A stretch of 63,024 nt of DNA, filler included, from Alcyonidium flabelliforme (GCA_026167845.1; 37 parts of 37 records of this genome joined end to end with filler, not necessarily neighbours in it), one strand, 5' to 3'; shown: positions 48,427 through 59,899, numbered from the whole stretch's first letter. Notes: generated by a model not told the origin, from the sequence alone. Numbers and translations: made by a program.

Positions 48427-49956
48427 CTACAATCTCGGTGTTATAGGCGAAATTGTTTTAATTGTCGTTGATGAATTAACCAATAGTAAAATACTAATAA
48501 GAGATTTAGAAAAAAATATATAGATAAACGAAACCGCTACCATACTAGCTGTATTCCAAGAAGACACATATTTGTCCCAAAACTGTGACAGATCTATCTC
48601 TGGACAGAGAGATGGATCAGGTGCCTTGTTAACCCAAGCCAAGCCATGAATGTGCAAACTACCTCCATGCTGCCATTCAACCCTATACCAATAGTCAGTA
48701 ATGTCTAGATAAGATGTCAAAAATTGCTCGAAAATCACTTTGAATCTCAATGTCAGATAAAAATCAACTGTCAATAGAGAATGTGCTATGGCCTGTGCTA
48801 CAGACCTATTTTCAGTTTCTAAGAATTTTAATAGATCTGGTCATTGATGGTCGGCTACAGAAAATGTGAAGAACACATTTGCTGCACCTAGCTTCTCAAC
48901 CATGGCTATTAGATTGCATTGTTGTGAGTACCAATATTGTGGGGTACCTCTGACTTGAGAACCAAACCAAAGAATTATATTTGCCATGTCGGTTACATTT
49001 GCATTCTGTTGCGCTGGATCATTTCTAACAAATACCCTACCTACTTTACCTACCTACCTTCCTATGTACTACCTACCTACTGTTTTATGTTAGAAAAAGA
49101 AAGCTAGGATTGGCTTGGAATCTTCCATCGTGATCTGACAACATGGGGGAGAAGTATTTAAGAGGAGTTACCCTTGTTTGTCGTGGAGCTCGTAGGTCAG
49201 CAGCACCTGTTGGAAATAGACATGAAATGCCCTTGCTATATAACCTACTGTGTTAAATTAATTGATGGGGTCATCTAATGTTTCATCAAGTATAGCTGCC
49301 TGTATTGCAGCATGTACGTCAGGCCCACGCAATTGCTGTGGCACAAATGTATTTGGCAAAGGAAGTGGGTGGAAGTTATTTTCAGCGTTGCCATTGTTTT
49401 CAAAATTTTCACCGTCTTCATTGTTAGGTACTGCTCCTTGATTGTTTAAGACATTGGCAGGTTGTGGTGGAATGATGTCATCGATGGCATTGACATCGGG
49501 AAGCTGTACAATACCGTTAACAGGCAGAGTATCTACATCTTGTTGAATTATTTCTATATAATTGTAATATTGGTTATTCTGTTTTAATCATGCTAAACCG
49601 GTAAGTACACGCTGTCGACCAACAGTGAAGAAATTTGGTGGCAAATCAGGTCTACCACCTACACCTCTGCGCAATACTAAAATGTCTAGTTGGTCAATAC
49701 GGCGAGGTAGTTGAGTTATGAATGTATTTACATCTTGCGGTACATTTAAAACATGGCCATTAAAACCGAATTGACCCCCACGAGGCAGTCTAAACATTGA
49801 CATCACATTGATGGTGTAACCTGAGCTATCAATAACTGTTCAACAGCTGTTAAACCTGAAAGTTCAGGTACCATAGGACTTGGGTCCATATTTTTGGCAG
49901 CAGAATATTTAACTTGTTGCCATGGTTTGTTGGTGCAGCGCTTACATAATTGAACG
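48427..49956 (-). pseudogene. Decayed Helitron RepHel, Rep/HUH region
   Basis: GQFGFNGHVLNVPQD, VRGTPQYW, FFTFSVADHQ, YRVEWQHGGSLHIHGLAW; several stops and frameshifts. Confidence 0.88.
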
Positions 49957-50056
49957 NNNNNNNNNNNNNNNNNNNNNNNNNNNNNNNNNNNNNNNNNNNN
50001 TTAATTAATTAANNNNNNNNNNNNNNNNNNNNNNNNNNNNNNNNNNNNNNNNNNNN

Positions 50057-50193
50057 AGTGTGACAAAAGCAGCCAAAAAACCAGTATCGCGAGGGGCTAA
50101 AAAAGACTCTATAACGTTTGATAGGTGCGCGGTGCAAAGTAGCGGGGCATTAAATGCTATTTCGGCAATGCGTGGGTAATTTATTTGCGGCAT
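50057..50193 (-). CDS. N-terminus of a phage S49-type head protease, 3' partial
   Basis: YPRIAEIAFNAPLL resembles lambda gpC-like starts; overlaps the portal end. Confidence 0.6.
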
Positions 50194-51446
50194 AGTATCT
50201 CAATCTCTTTTAGTTGCTCGGGGGTTGCGGTGTTAATTTGCTCATGTATTTTTTGATTTTTTGTGTCAACCATATTGAGCGGGGTTAAATAAACATCGCC
50301 GCCGGTTACTGGCGGTAGGTTTTCTAATCGGCGTATGTCGTTTAGGGATAACCAACCCCATTGGCGCGCTATTGCGTAGGCGTCGTAGCGGGTTTTTATG
50401 TCGCCGCGTATTAGGCCGCTAAAATTAAACTCTATGAAATATTTTTTACGTTCGCTTGGCTGCAGTAGGTCGCGGTGCATGGCACTTTCCCAGCGCCTGA
50501 TCCACGGCATTAGGGCAAACGTTAGGTAATTTAAGGTGTTTTGTTCGACTGACTTATAAGATTCGCCCGCTGTTTCGTTTAGCAATGCCAGCGGTATACC
50601 GTAAAGGCGGCTTATATCTGCCACTGATAATTTACGCGATTCTATAAGCTGGGCTTGTTCGTGGGTCATAGCCATTTGCTTGTAGTCCATGCCTTCTTGC
50701 AACATGGCCACACCAAATTTATTACGTACACCTGAATGCCTTTCTTTAAAGGTGCTTACTATGTTGTTTATTGCATCTTGCCCGATAGTGCCCGACTCTT
50801 TAGGGCGTGTGATCACACCGCTAAGCACTGCGCCGTTATTGTGCGAGCTGGCGGCGTGTTCGTCTACGGCTAACGCTAGGCCGATTGTGTCGGCGTTAGT
50901 TTGTATAGGTGCTAAACCTTGATAGCCGTCTAAACTAAAGCCTTTTACGTGGTGAATGTCGCGCATTGTGAGTACTTTATTATCCCACTCGGGGATTTTG
51001 TAATACGGTAGGCCGTCGCTGCCTTTAAGTATTACTACTTTATCGCGATGTACTGGTATTAGTTCTTTAACTGAGTAGTTAGGATTGCGTTCAATAATTG
51101 CTAAATGATTGCCGTTTAACCCTAAAAAGCCTTGGCCTCTCTCAAAGTATTCAAAAGCGCTGTCTTTTTGGTTGGGTTGATACTTGAGCAGATCATATAA
51201 TGGGTGTTCGGGGGCTTTTTCTCGCTCGTCACCATTGCGCTTGTATACGTCGCATGGCATTTGGGCGATTGACTCAGCTAATAATTTAACTGATCGCGCA
51301 ACGGCTGCTTGGCTTAAGGCGGTTTCTTGGTTAATTACGATACCTGATTTTGATTGCCGTTGGCTGCCAAAACCCACACCGCTTGAAAAATCTAGTGTGT
51401 TTCCTGCTGTGTTGCCTGAACTGGCAAATAATCCTGACGTAAACAT
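50181..51446 (-). CDS. HK97-family phage portal protein
   Basis: HPLYDLLKYQPN, IHHVKGFSLDG..GLAPI, LQEGMDYKQM, DISRLYGIP, LIRGD..TRY, NDIRRLENLPPV.GGD. Confidence 0.96.
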   Translation of the reverse strand: MFTSGLFASSGNTAGNTLDFSSGVGFGSQRQSKSGIVINQETALSQAAVARSVKLLAESIAQMPCDVYKRNGDEREKAPEHPLYDLLKYQPNQKDSAFEYFERGQGFLGLNGNHLAIIERNPNYSVKELIPVHRDKVVILKGSDGLPYYKIPEWDNKVLTMRDIHHVKGFSLDGYQGLAPIQTNADTIGLALAVDEHAASSHNNGAVLSGVITRPKESGTIGQDAINNIVSTFKERHSGVRNKFGVAMLQEGMDYKQMAMTHEQAQLIESRKLSVADISRLYGIPLALLNETAGESYKSVEQNTLNYLTFALMPWIRRWESAMHRDLLQPSERKKYFIEFNFSGLIRGDIKTRYDAYAIARQWGWLSLNDIRRLENLPPVTGGDVYLTPLNMVDTKNQKIHEQINTATPEQLKEIEILCRK

Positions 51447-51574
51447 TATTTTTCACCCTTGCGGTTTTGGTATTTGGCTGCGGCTGTAGAGCGGGCCATT
51501 AGTAGTGACCAAACAGTTAAAAAAGTACCAAGGGCGATAAATCCTAGTGCGGGGTAAAACAACCATGCACCGTA
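51446..51574 (-). CDS. Small membrane protein upstream of the portal, start not recovered
   Basis: YGAWLFYPALGFIALG...; TAATG overlap with the portal start. Confidence 0.55.
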   Translation of the reverse strand, partial: YGAWLFYPALGFIALGTFLTVWSLLMARSTAAAKYQNRKGEK

Positions 51575-51708
51575 TTATGCTGCGACTATATGGCGAAGAG
51601 CTGCTGAANNNNNNNNNNNNNNNNNNNNNNNNNNNNNNNNNNNNNNNNNNNNTTAATTAATTAANNNNNNNNNNNNNNNNNNNNNNNNNNNNNNNNNNNN
51701 NNNNNNNN

Positions 51709-52196
51709 CTGCTCGCAATATTCTTGAGAATCATGTTCGCATGATCGACGGCACAGCAGATTCGGAATTGATCCCCCTTATCCATTCTCTCCGTCCACTG
51801 GAGAGCAACTACGCCCGTGGATCCGGACGCGCGTTGATCGAGCACGCCCGTACGTTGGATTTCTTGCCAACCGGCTTGATCGGCGAGATCACTTGGAACG
51901 TCCGCCGCGAGTCGCTTCTCAAGGTACAACTCAATTGAGTGGAACGGTCCGGAGACGTTGGTGTTGGCAACTTGAGGTTGCGGGCATATGAGGATCGCAT
52001 CCTCCTCAAGCATCGTGAACGTGCTGAGATCATCCTCCCGATGGATCGCTCCCTCATATTCGACCGAGTTAAACGGGATCGCCTTTTTCTCTCCCGCCTC
52101 AAACGTAACGTTTTCGATGTGAGTCCACGTCCCCTTTTTGGGAAGGCTATCGCTCCCGCCGGCCGGAGCGTTGCGCAGGCTTTTGTGTACGGTCAT
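51709..52196 (-). CDS. Hypothetical phage structural protein, 3' partial
   Basis: ORF with RBS in a co-oriented cluster. Confidence 0.55.
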
Positions 52197-52238
52197 TTGA
52201 TCCCTTTGCTGTTAACGAAATGGCATTCGCATTGCGTC

Positions 52239-52493
52239 TTACTTCGCCGGTGCGGGTGCGGGTGCTGACAGGTCTATAGGTGGCCGGTCTGCCAGATCGG
52301 CACAACGCTGCGACATGACTTGATCAAAGTGATCGCGACAGCATCCGTCAAAGCTGATGCCGTTGACTTGGCCAACGAGGCCATTTGGAAAAGTGACCGT
52401 TGTAGATCCGTCGTCGTTAAGCGTTTGCGTGCCTTCGGTTTCGACTACGTTATCGCAGCCCTCAAGGTCGCATAGGTTTGGTTGCTTTACCAT
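52239..52493 (-). CDS. Small Cys/His-containing hypothetical phage protein
   Basis: GGAGG RBS before ATG 52493; CDLEGC and CCRDH motifs. Confidence 0.55.
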   Translation of the reverse strand: MVKQPNLCDLEGCDNVVETEGTQTLNDDGSTTVTFPNGLVGQVNGISFDGCCRDHFDQVMSQRCADLADRPPIDLSAPAPAPAK

Positions 52494-52494
52494 C

Positions 52495-53253
52495 TTATGT
52501 CCTCCATTCAAGTTTAGTTAAGTCACCAGCAACGACGTGAAGCGTGTCGGTGTCTGCTGTTGGTTGATTTGTAATCTTTAGATCGCCTAGAATGCTGAGG
52601 CAAAAATCCCCGTGAACGAACGATTTTGGTCTGGTGTAGGCATCCGACGAACTGAGAGAACCGCTGTCGTTCACAGGGGAACCTAGATCATGTCTTGCAC
52701 CAGAAAGTTGTGAAGTGACAGTGCTAGACCAATCCCATTGCATAGTCCTCTTGAAAATCCGCAATCCATTGACCGCCGTGCCATCTTCGTAAAGCTGACC
52801 ACTAACATCATTCACCCCGAAAGCACCACCGTTGACACCGTAGTGTCCTCGCAAGTCAGGGAAGAAAACGCCATCGATCCCGCTCAAAACGATCTTGTGG
52901 GGTATCGTTGCCAGTGCGGTGAAGTGGTCGAACAATTCTTGGTTGTTTACCAATGCACCACGGAACGGAAAGTCGCGACCAGCGAGTTGTTCCTCAATTG
53001 GTACAGGACCATAGACGAAGCGACGATAGGCCAATTCATTTTCTGCTTTGTCTGATCGAATGAAACGACTGAACAACAAAACATTTACAGGCGTCAACGG
53101 ATCGGTGAGCGTGTTCGCGGCGATGTCGGCGATCGGTTCAAGAAGAACTTTCACGCCCTCGGGTAGCGTCTCGGCTGACACACCTCCGGCGATGAACGGA
53201 CCACCAGCGGGAACCGTGAACGCAACCAGCGTTCCAGGACTGTAGCCTTTTGT
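52495..53253 (-). CDS. Hypothetical phage protein, probably 5' partial
   Basis: At least 228 aa; tightly coupled to the next gene. Confidence 0.55.
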   Translation of the reverse strand, partial: TKGYSPGTLVAFTVPAGGPFIAGGVSAETLPEGVKVLLEPIADIAANTLTDPLTPVNVLLFSRFIRSDKAENELAYRRFVYGPVPIEEQLAGRDFPFRGALVNNQELFDHFTALATIPHKIVLSGIDGVFFPDLRGHYGVNGGAFGVNDVSGQLYEDGTAVNGLRIFKRTMQWDWSSTVTSQLSGARHDLGSPVNDSGSLSSSDAYTRPKSFVHGDFCLSILGDLKITNQPTADTDTLHVVAGDLTKLEWRT

Positions 53254-53420
53254 NNNNNNNNNNNNNNNNNNNNNNNNNNNNNNNNNNNNNNNNNNNNTTA
53301 ATTAATTAANNNNNNNNNNNNNNNNNNNNNNNNNNNNNNNNNNNNNNNNNNNNAAAACGCAATTGACTCGGCGGCCGGACCGGCCGACATTGCCGAGACT
53401 ATACTCAAGGAGCTTTTGGA

Positions 53421-54328
53421 CGATGGCCAATAGAATTGTTATTGATGGCGTGCTCGGTTGGGACGTCGGATTGTGGACGCTACGTGATGCGTTCTCAGTG
53501 ATGGACACGTCGTTGCCACTTGATGTGGAATGGCACTCTCCAGGCGGTGAGGTGAGCGTTGGGAAGTCCATGTTTCATGAGTTGCTCAACTATACCGGTG
53601 AGGTGACGTCTCACGTTATCCACGCCGGTAGCGCTGCTAGTTGGGCGATGATGGCAGCCACCAAGGTTGTGGCTTATTCATATTCTGAGTTGTTCGTTCA
53701 CAATTGTTTGATTGGGATTTTCGCGTATTGCAACAAAGAAGATCTCAGCGACATGATCAAGAAAGACATGCCAAAAGACTTGGCACTACTCACCGCGTTG
53801 GATCTACAGCTCGCGGAAATGTACGCCGATCGCAGTGGCCAGAACGTCAAGCAGATTACCAAATGGATGGATGAGGAGTCCACGTTTTTCGGCAAGGATC
53901 TCGTTGATAAGAAATTCGCCACGGACTTTGAGAAGACCGCGCTTCGTAGCAAAGATAGTCTTGCCAACCTCAAGCGTTACGACATGGAGAAAGTCTATAA
54001 GTCGGATAAGACGAACTGGAAGCGGAGCCGGTTCCACATCGACACGGCCAACGCTCTCACGTTGCAAGTTCCAAAGGGTATGGACTTGGACAAATGGAAA
54101 GCCGATTTTAGGAAGCTCAACGAGGAGCCACCCGAGGACGATCCAAAGCCCGAGGATGAGGATGATGAGTCCGAGGATAAGGACGACGAGACCGAGGAAG
54201 TCGACACCGACGACTTAGATCAATCGGAGCTTGATTGTCTGATGGCGGAGGGGGAAGCGGCTATTGCGATCGCCAAAGTCTCGGCCACGCCGGACACGGG
54301 TGATGATGATTGCGACGAGGGTGGTTGA
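53421..54328 (+). CDS. Phage ClpP-like (S14) head maturation protease with an acidic tail
   Basis: HSPGGEV..G, AGSAASW (Ser), FVHN (His), MYADRSG, WMDEESTF; AGGAG RBS. Confidence 0.88.
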
Positions 54329-54401
54329 CGATAGTTTGCTCACTCGCGGTTCGTGGGCTATAACGTAACCAACTTGGACATTACCGTCCTCGGGAAAACA
54401 T

Positions 54402-54432
54402 AGCCCCGGTGCTCGTAGCACTGGGGTTTTTT
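54402..54432 (+). terminator. Intrinsic terminator
   Basis: GCCCCGGTGCT-CGT-AGCACTGGGGT then a T run. Confidence 0.8.
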
Positions 54433-54440
54433 CGTGTCGC

Positions 54441-54469
54441 TTGACACAAAACGGTAAACCGGGAACAAT
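54441..54469 (+). promoter_or_regulatory. Sigma70-like promoter
   Basis: TTGACA, 17 nt, AACAAT. Confidence 0.6.
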
Positions 54470-54621
54470 TCGCAGACAACCTAATTTTGAATCTCCGGCG
54501 CTAGTCAGTCAGCACGAGGCACCGAGGTTTGCTTAACCCGTTCTTTAACGAGAGCCGGGATGCAATCTCGCTGCCATTCTTTTTGCGCCGTTAGTCGTTG
54601 CTCCCGGCATGGAGAAACGAC

Positions 54622-54889
54622 CATGGCCGTAGCCGAAGCACCGGAAGAAGAGAAAACCAACGTCAAGCTCAAGGAGCTCCGCGAGGAGCAAGGGCGATAT
54701 GTCCAACAAGTCGTCGATCTCAATAAGAAGCTAGGCGACGGAGCCCGCACCAAAGAGAATGGCGAGGCGTTGGCCACGGCCACGCACGCTCTGAATATGT
54801 GCTCGATCGCGGTTGAGGGGCACGTTGCTGTTGATCGAGCGACCAAGAAAGCAGCGGCCAAAGATCACCGACAACAAGGGATCGACGGT
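54622..54889 (+). CDS. Probable major capsid protein N-terminal coiled (delta-like) region, 3' partial
   Basis: GGAG RBS, charged helical sequence, position after the head protease. Confidence 0.5.
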
Positions 54890-54989
54890 NNNNNNNNNNN
54901 NNNNNNNNNNNNNNNNNNNNNNNNNNNNNNNNNTTAATTAATTAANNNNNNNNNNNNNNNNNNNNNNNNNNNNNNNNNNNNNNNNNNNN

Positions 54990-55215
54990 GAGATCCATGC
55001 CGATCAGCAGCTTGGCCTTGAGATTGTCGACCAAATGGGCCTCGACACGGATGCAGGCCACATTCTCCGAGCCACGGAAAAAGACATCGAAGGACACAAA
55101 CGCGGAGGAAAGGTGCCGGGATCCGATGCCTGCTACCGGAACAGGGGTACACTTCTGCAAAGGCAGATCCAATGACTTGGCTAAGTCAGCGTCGATGATC
55201 GTCATAACCCATCCC
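54990..55215 (-). mobile_element. Gypsy-like retropepsin fragment
   Basis: MTIIDADLAKSLDLP...PVPVAGIG...AHLVDNLKAKLLIGMD. Confidence 0.65.
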
Positions 55216-55239
55216 GTGCTTAAGCCTAAGCCTAAGCCA

Positions 55240-55624
55240 CTTCCGCGCGCATTGATTTCCTGCATAACAGTATGGTGGATACTGCTAGAGAGCCAGAGAG
55301 ACTGTGTATGCCATTTCTTGCCGTTTGGGTCTCGGATTCTTGGCCAAGGTATATTTTTGTTGATCAGATGATGAAGATTGTAACCTTGAAGAACCTTTTC
55401 AACCTGGTCGATCCAGTTGTCAAGATCGGCTCGCTCTTTGAGAGGAGGAGTGAGCTTGTAAAGGTTGAAACTTCCTAGCTTAGGTAGGTCAACCGATTCA
55501 TTGGCGACGATAGAGGTTCGTACTGCTTTCCAATCATTGCTGTCATCGTCAAGGTGCGCTGTATCAGTAGCATCAGAGAAAGAAGAAAGCTGCGTAGCGG
55601 CAGCGGAGGGAGAGGGGTCAGCCA
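55240..55624 (-). mobile_element. Truncated copia Gag N-terminus
   Basis: Downstream of LTR-PBS; PPLK....DNWIDQV..VLQGYNL..LI, LWLSSSI. Confidence 0.6.
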
Positions 55625-55893
55625 TAGCTGATACAAAGTGAAGAATGATGTGAGCACAGTCCAAAGATACTGTATACCACGATGGAGATAATTCTCTAGG
55701 AAAAGAGACTCCGCTTGGTGCTCAAAGGCGGGTACACACAGCGGTGTCTCGGCTTCTCGCACAGCGGCGATGAAGAAAAGGTGAGAGATATAGCTTCTTG
55801 CTATTCTCGGGAAAAAGTGGGAGATATAGCTTCTGCTATTCTCCAATGAAAGCTTAGTTCTTGATGAAACTAGCAAAGGGGAGAGAGGAAAAA

Positions 55894-56133
55894 GGGCCTC
55901 ATAACCTGTTGAGGCTACGAAGGAGAGGACTACTAGTGAGAACTAGTATGGTGGGAAAATCGGGAAGAAGATGCATGCTATGAATCTATGGAAAAGCAGG
56001 CTGTATATGAAGCCTGTACTAACAAAGGAATGGCAAACTGACATATCAAACTGACAAAGCAAAAGCTCAGTCTGCACAAAGGGACAAAGGCATAAAGACA
56101 TACCATACCATGCATGTCAACACACCCCCCCAG
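55894..56133 (-). repeat. Copia LTR (55907-56122, 216 bp) with a PPT before and a PBS after
   Basis: Minus strand GGGGGGGTG | TGTTGA...TCAACA | GGTTATGAGGCCC. Confidence 0.85.
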
Positions 56134-56256
56134 ACTGAGCATCAAAAGCAAAAATCAATCTGGTTCGCATAGTAAAAATCATAGTAAAATGCATAGTAAA
56201 AATTGTAGTAAAAAGCATAGAGAAACAGACAGTAAAAAGCAACGCCGTATGCCAAT

Positions 56257-56520
56257 TTAATCCGTCTCCTTCTTGCTCACCAGCAGTTTTCGGATCCTTT
56301 CGAAATCGATTTTTGGCAGTGCTTTTGTTAGTGTATCTGCCGGGTTTTCCTTGCTGTCGATGAGCTGGATGTCGATCTGCTTCGTCTTCATAGCATGTTT
56401 CACAAATTGGTATTTGACATCTAACCACTTGGTCCCCTTGTTGTAAGAATCCTTTTTGAGAATGGCAACGGCATTGTCGCTGTCAGTACGAATTGGAATT
56501 GGAATCGGAGTTGGCTTCGT
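56257..56520 (-). mobile_element. Copia Pol RNase H C-terminus (absent from the ORF track)
   Basis: PIPIRTDSDNAVAIL...GTKWLDVKYQFVK...ENPADTLTKALPK.DFE.IR.LL. Confidence 0.88.
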
Positions 56521-57362
56521 GTNNNNNNNNNNNNNNNNNNNNNNNNNNNNNNNNNNNNNNNNNNNNTTAATTAATTAANNNNNNNNNNNNNNNNNNNNNN
56601 NNNNNNNNNNNNNNNNNNNNNNAAAACACATAAACAATTTTTATATTTCCCGAAAGAGTATTTAAAAAGCTATTACAAAATGACTTCAAAAAACATTTAA
56701 GTAATTTTTTATAAAAAATACAAGCATGTTTCACCACAACTTCCGGTAAAAAGGGGTCAACTTCCAAAGAGTATAAGTTAATATGCACTCAATAAATCAG
56801 CCTGGAAATGAATGGCATGTACTTAACATATGCCGAATACCTAAAGTGTGTCCCATTTTCTTTAAATTTTGTGTCTGTGACCTAAAATTTATAACATCAA
56901 TTTTATACCATCAGTTTCAGCCTTCCAGGGCTATTATGTAAGACTTTTTGTTACATAATTCCATAATTAGGCTTTAAACATCTAAAATGCGACACACTTT
57001 TGATAATGAGAGTGTTGTGATGGTGCATACAAATTCTCATGTAATTTGATCCACCAGTTGTCAACTTATACTCATTTGAACATCGTAGGTCAGTCTGAAA
57101 ACCCAACTCCTAAAAATACAGGGTTAATCCAAAATTATTTAATATGGAAGTAGAAATGTGTACACTTCAATGTGCTCTAATATTTAGTTGTTGGTAGGTA
57201 TGTGGATTTTTGTAACATTAATTTAAAGATAGGATGTGTACTAAATGAAAAATATAAAAAAATCAAATTGTTGATTTTTTTCAAATCGATGTGGAGCACC
57301 ACCTTAAATTAAGTCACATTTGTTAGTTGTCGTATAAAGTTTGTGACCATTAAACTTTACTT

Positions 57363-57737
57363 TTAAAGTAACATGCCCGCCCGCTGAGGTCTAAATACAC
57401 ATTTTCGGGGTTTTGGTTGGTCACGGTTGTATTCGTGATGTAATGACCTTTGAGTAGAGCCAAACTAATAAGAAATCCGTCGTGTTTTAGTGATTTAATG
57501 CCAAACCGCCGATTCCTTGTTCGTGCCTGTCATTCAGACGGCTCGATTGTTATTCGGGCGGCAGCACGAATAACAATCTGGGGTGGTTGGCATTAAATCA
57601 CAACTATACGAGGGATTTTCGAGATGTTTGTCTCAACTCAAAGTTCATAACTTCGTGAAGCCATTTCTGACCCAATAGAACTCCCAAATTGTGTTTCTAA
57701 ACCTTGGCACAGCCTGAAACCGGTTGTGTTACTTTAA
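57363..57737. mobile_element. Foldback MITE flanked by TTAA (Kolobok-like)
   Basis: TTAA|AGTAACA...TGTTACT|TTAA; inner arms GTGATTTAATGCCAA / TTGGCATTAAATCAC; central hairpin. Confidence 0.7.
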
Positions 57738-57809
57738 GAGTTCATCCAATTCAAAGCAGTTTTGTTTGTTTTTAAAAGAAATCAATGAAAATAAATGATT
57801 TTGAAAAAC

Positions 57810-58127
57810 GTCCCACAAAAAGGACGCTGGGCATAAATGGGTGATCTGCAGTACCATTAGCAGGCATTAGTAAATGACTGTTTTCACTGTTTTTTTTTTA
57901 TTATTCGTAAAAATCTTAGTGTGAATGTTTCTGTTGCTACGTTGGAAGATGATAGCAATGTTGATAGGGCTGACATCTTTATGAGTACACCTTTTGGTGC
58001 CGTATCACTGATGAAGACAGCGTGACAAACAAAAACATCCAAAATACAACCATTCAACACGTGTTTTGTTGCATTTTTGTATGTGACCTAGAGAACCCAT
58101 ATGTGCCCAGCGTCCTTTTTGTGGGAC
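57810..58127. mobile_element. Element with inverted ends of about 33 bp
   Basis: GTCCCACAAAAAGGACGCTGGGCA / TGCCCAGCGTCCTTTTTGTGGGAC. Confidence 0.8.
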
Positions 58128-58255
58128 AAAAAATGAAATGTTAAAAAAACATTTCNNNNNNNNNNNNNNNNNNNNNNNNNNNNNNNNNNNNNNNNNNNNT
58201 TAATTAATTAANNNNNNNNNNNNNNNNNNNNNNNNNNNNNNNNNNNNNNNNNNNN

Positions 58256-58788
58256 ACTTTACTCTGGCCGTGTCGCGTCTTTATTCCATTGTAAATGCTG
58301 TAGACATTGATGCTGATTACAGAGTGCTTGTAAAACCATTGGAGCGTTTTGAACAGCGCGACCGTGTTGGTATCTATCATGCGGAAAATTGGGGTGCATT
58401 TGAAAAGGCTTATATGCATGACGGTGACTATTCGTGGGTAGATGGCTCTAATGGTATTTACCGTTCAGCTGATGAGCGGTTGTTTATGGCCGTCCCAACT
58501 ATGCGTCATTTGCAACCTGTAGGTACTAACGGTTTGCAGCAAACAGCAAGTTTGCTTGAAGCACTTGGGTGGTCTTTGCAACTCATTGGCGAAGAACCTG
58601 AGCCTTCTGATGTACATCTTAACGATATCCAGATAGTCACGCTTGAGAAAGTTGCGTCTCGTATCGAAGTTTCATTACTTCTTGATGACGTGATAGGCGA
58701 GTTAATGCCTGGTTGTGACTATGAAGTGGTGGCCGGTGAGCGACTGGTCAAGGTTTGGAAAAAAGATTTAATTGGGAAAATATTATGA
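58256..58788 (+). CDS. Hypothetical protein, probably 5' partial, coupled to the pilus genes
   Basis: ORF ending in an ATGA overlap. Confidence 0.6.
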
Positions 58789-59363
58789 AAAGATCGCAAG
58801 TTGCCAGCCTTGTCATGGCGTTAGGTTTTGCAGTGCCGGTTGTTGCACAAAATAGTGTTGTCCGTTCCTCGGATTTCTTGGATCAAGATGCGGTCACTGT
58901 TTCGTCTAAAGTGGCAGCTGCTTACCAAAAACCGGTTGTTGCTGTAGCACAAATCCCTACGGTTACGCCCGTTGAAGCCAGTGATAGTGTTGAGGTTTAT
59001 TCAATGTCAAATAACGATACGCCTCAACCAAGCTCCATCCCTGTTGTAGTAGATAGCGATAAGCCTGCGCCTCCAGCTGTAGTTACAGATGGTCCTTACC
59101 GCTTTTATCCGGAAACCGGTGCTGTTGATTTTAGTCTTCGCAAAGGTTTGTTGAAACCTCAAGTCGTCGAATTGCTTATACATCACCGTCTCATCGATTC
59201 TACAGATGATATTCAGTGGCAAGCCTCTGATAACTTTATGTGGCCTAACAGTCACACATTGTCCGGAGCTTCATTAGATCACGTTATTAATGCTGTTCTT
59301 GCGCCTTACAAGTTAGTAGCTGACTTCAAGGGTAACGGCAGCGTTATCATTAAAAAGCTGTAG
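58785..59363 (+). CDS. Secreted PilL/TcpQ-like type IVb pilus accessory protein
   Basis: Signal peptide, Pro-rich linker, C-terminal FSLRKG.L...W.A...F.WP...L.ADFKGN. Confidence 0.6.
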   Translation: MKRSQVASLVMALGFAVPVVAQNSVVRSSDFLDQDAVTVSSKVAAAYQKPVVAVAQIPTVTPVEASDSVEVYSMSNNDTPQPSSIPVVVDSDKPAPPAVVTDGPYRFYPETGAVDFSLRKGLLKPQVVELLIHHRLIDSTDDIQWQASDNFMWPNSHTLSGASLDHVINAVLAPYKLVADFKGNGSVIIKKL

Positions 59364-59375
59364 TAGGGGTCAATA

Positions 59376-59780
59376 ATGAAAAAACTTAAACTCAGTATCA
59401 CTACAGCCACGGTTATATTTTTGGCTGGTTGTGCGTCTTCTGTCTCATCATTCAAAGAAGTGAAACAGGAAGGTGAGGCTGTTGTAGCCAAAGCGTATGA
59501 ACACGCTATCAATGAACAAGAACTTCCTCACGTTCGTTATTCAGATGAATTTTATGTGCCTGAATTAAAAGAGCGCGACCAGGATAAGCCTCAGTGGTTC
59601 TTTCAGAAGGCAGAAGGGTCATACCTTGACTATACGCTTGAAGAAGTAATGCGTGATGTCCTTGCGCGGGAAGGGGTAAATATTCGTTACCTTGATAGTC
59701 TGGATAAAGGCCGCAGATTCTCGTTGGTGCATAAAGGTACGATTGGTGGTTTGCTGGATAAAATTTCTTTCGCTACAAAG
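59376..59780 (+). CDS. N-terminus of a PilN/BfpB-like lipoprotein secretin, 3' partial
   Basis: Lipobox LAGC; GTIGGLLDKI N-domain pattern. Confidence 0.65.
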
Positions 59781-59899
59781 NNNNNNNNNNNNNNNNNNNN
59801 NNNNNNNNNNNNNNNNNNNNNNNNTTAATTAATTAANNNNNNNNNNNNNNNNNNNNNNNNNNNNNNNNNNNNNNNNNNNNCAACGCAAATCAACTAAAA

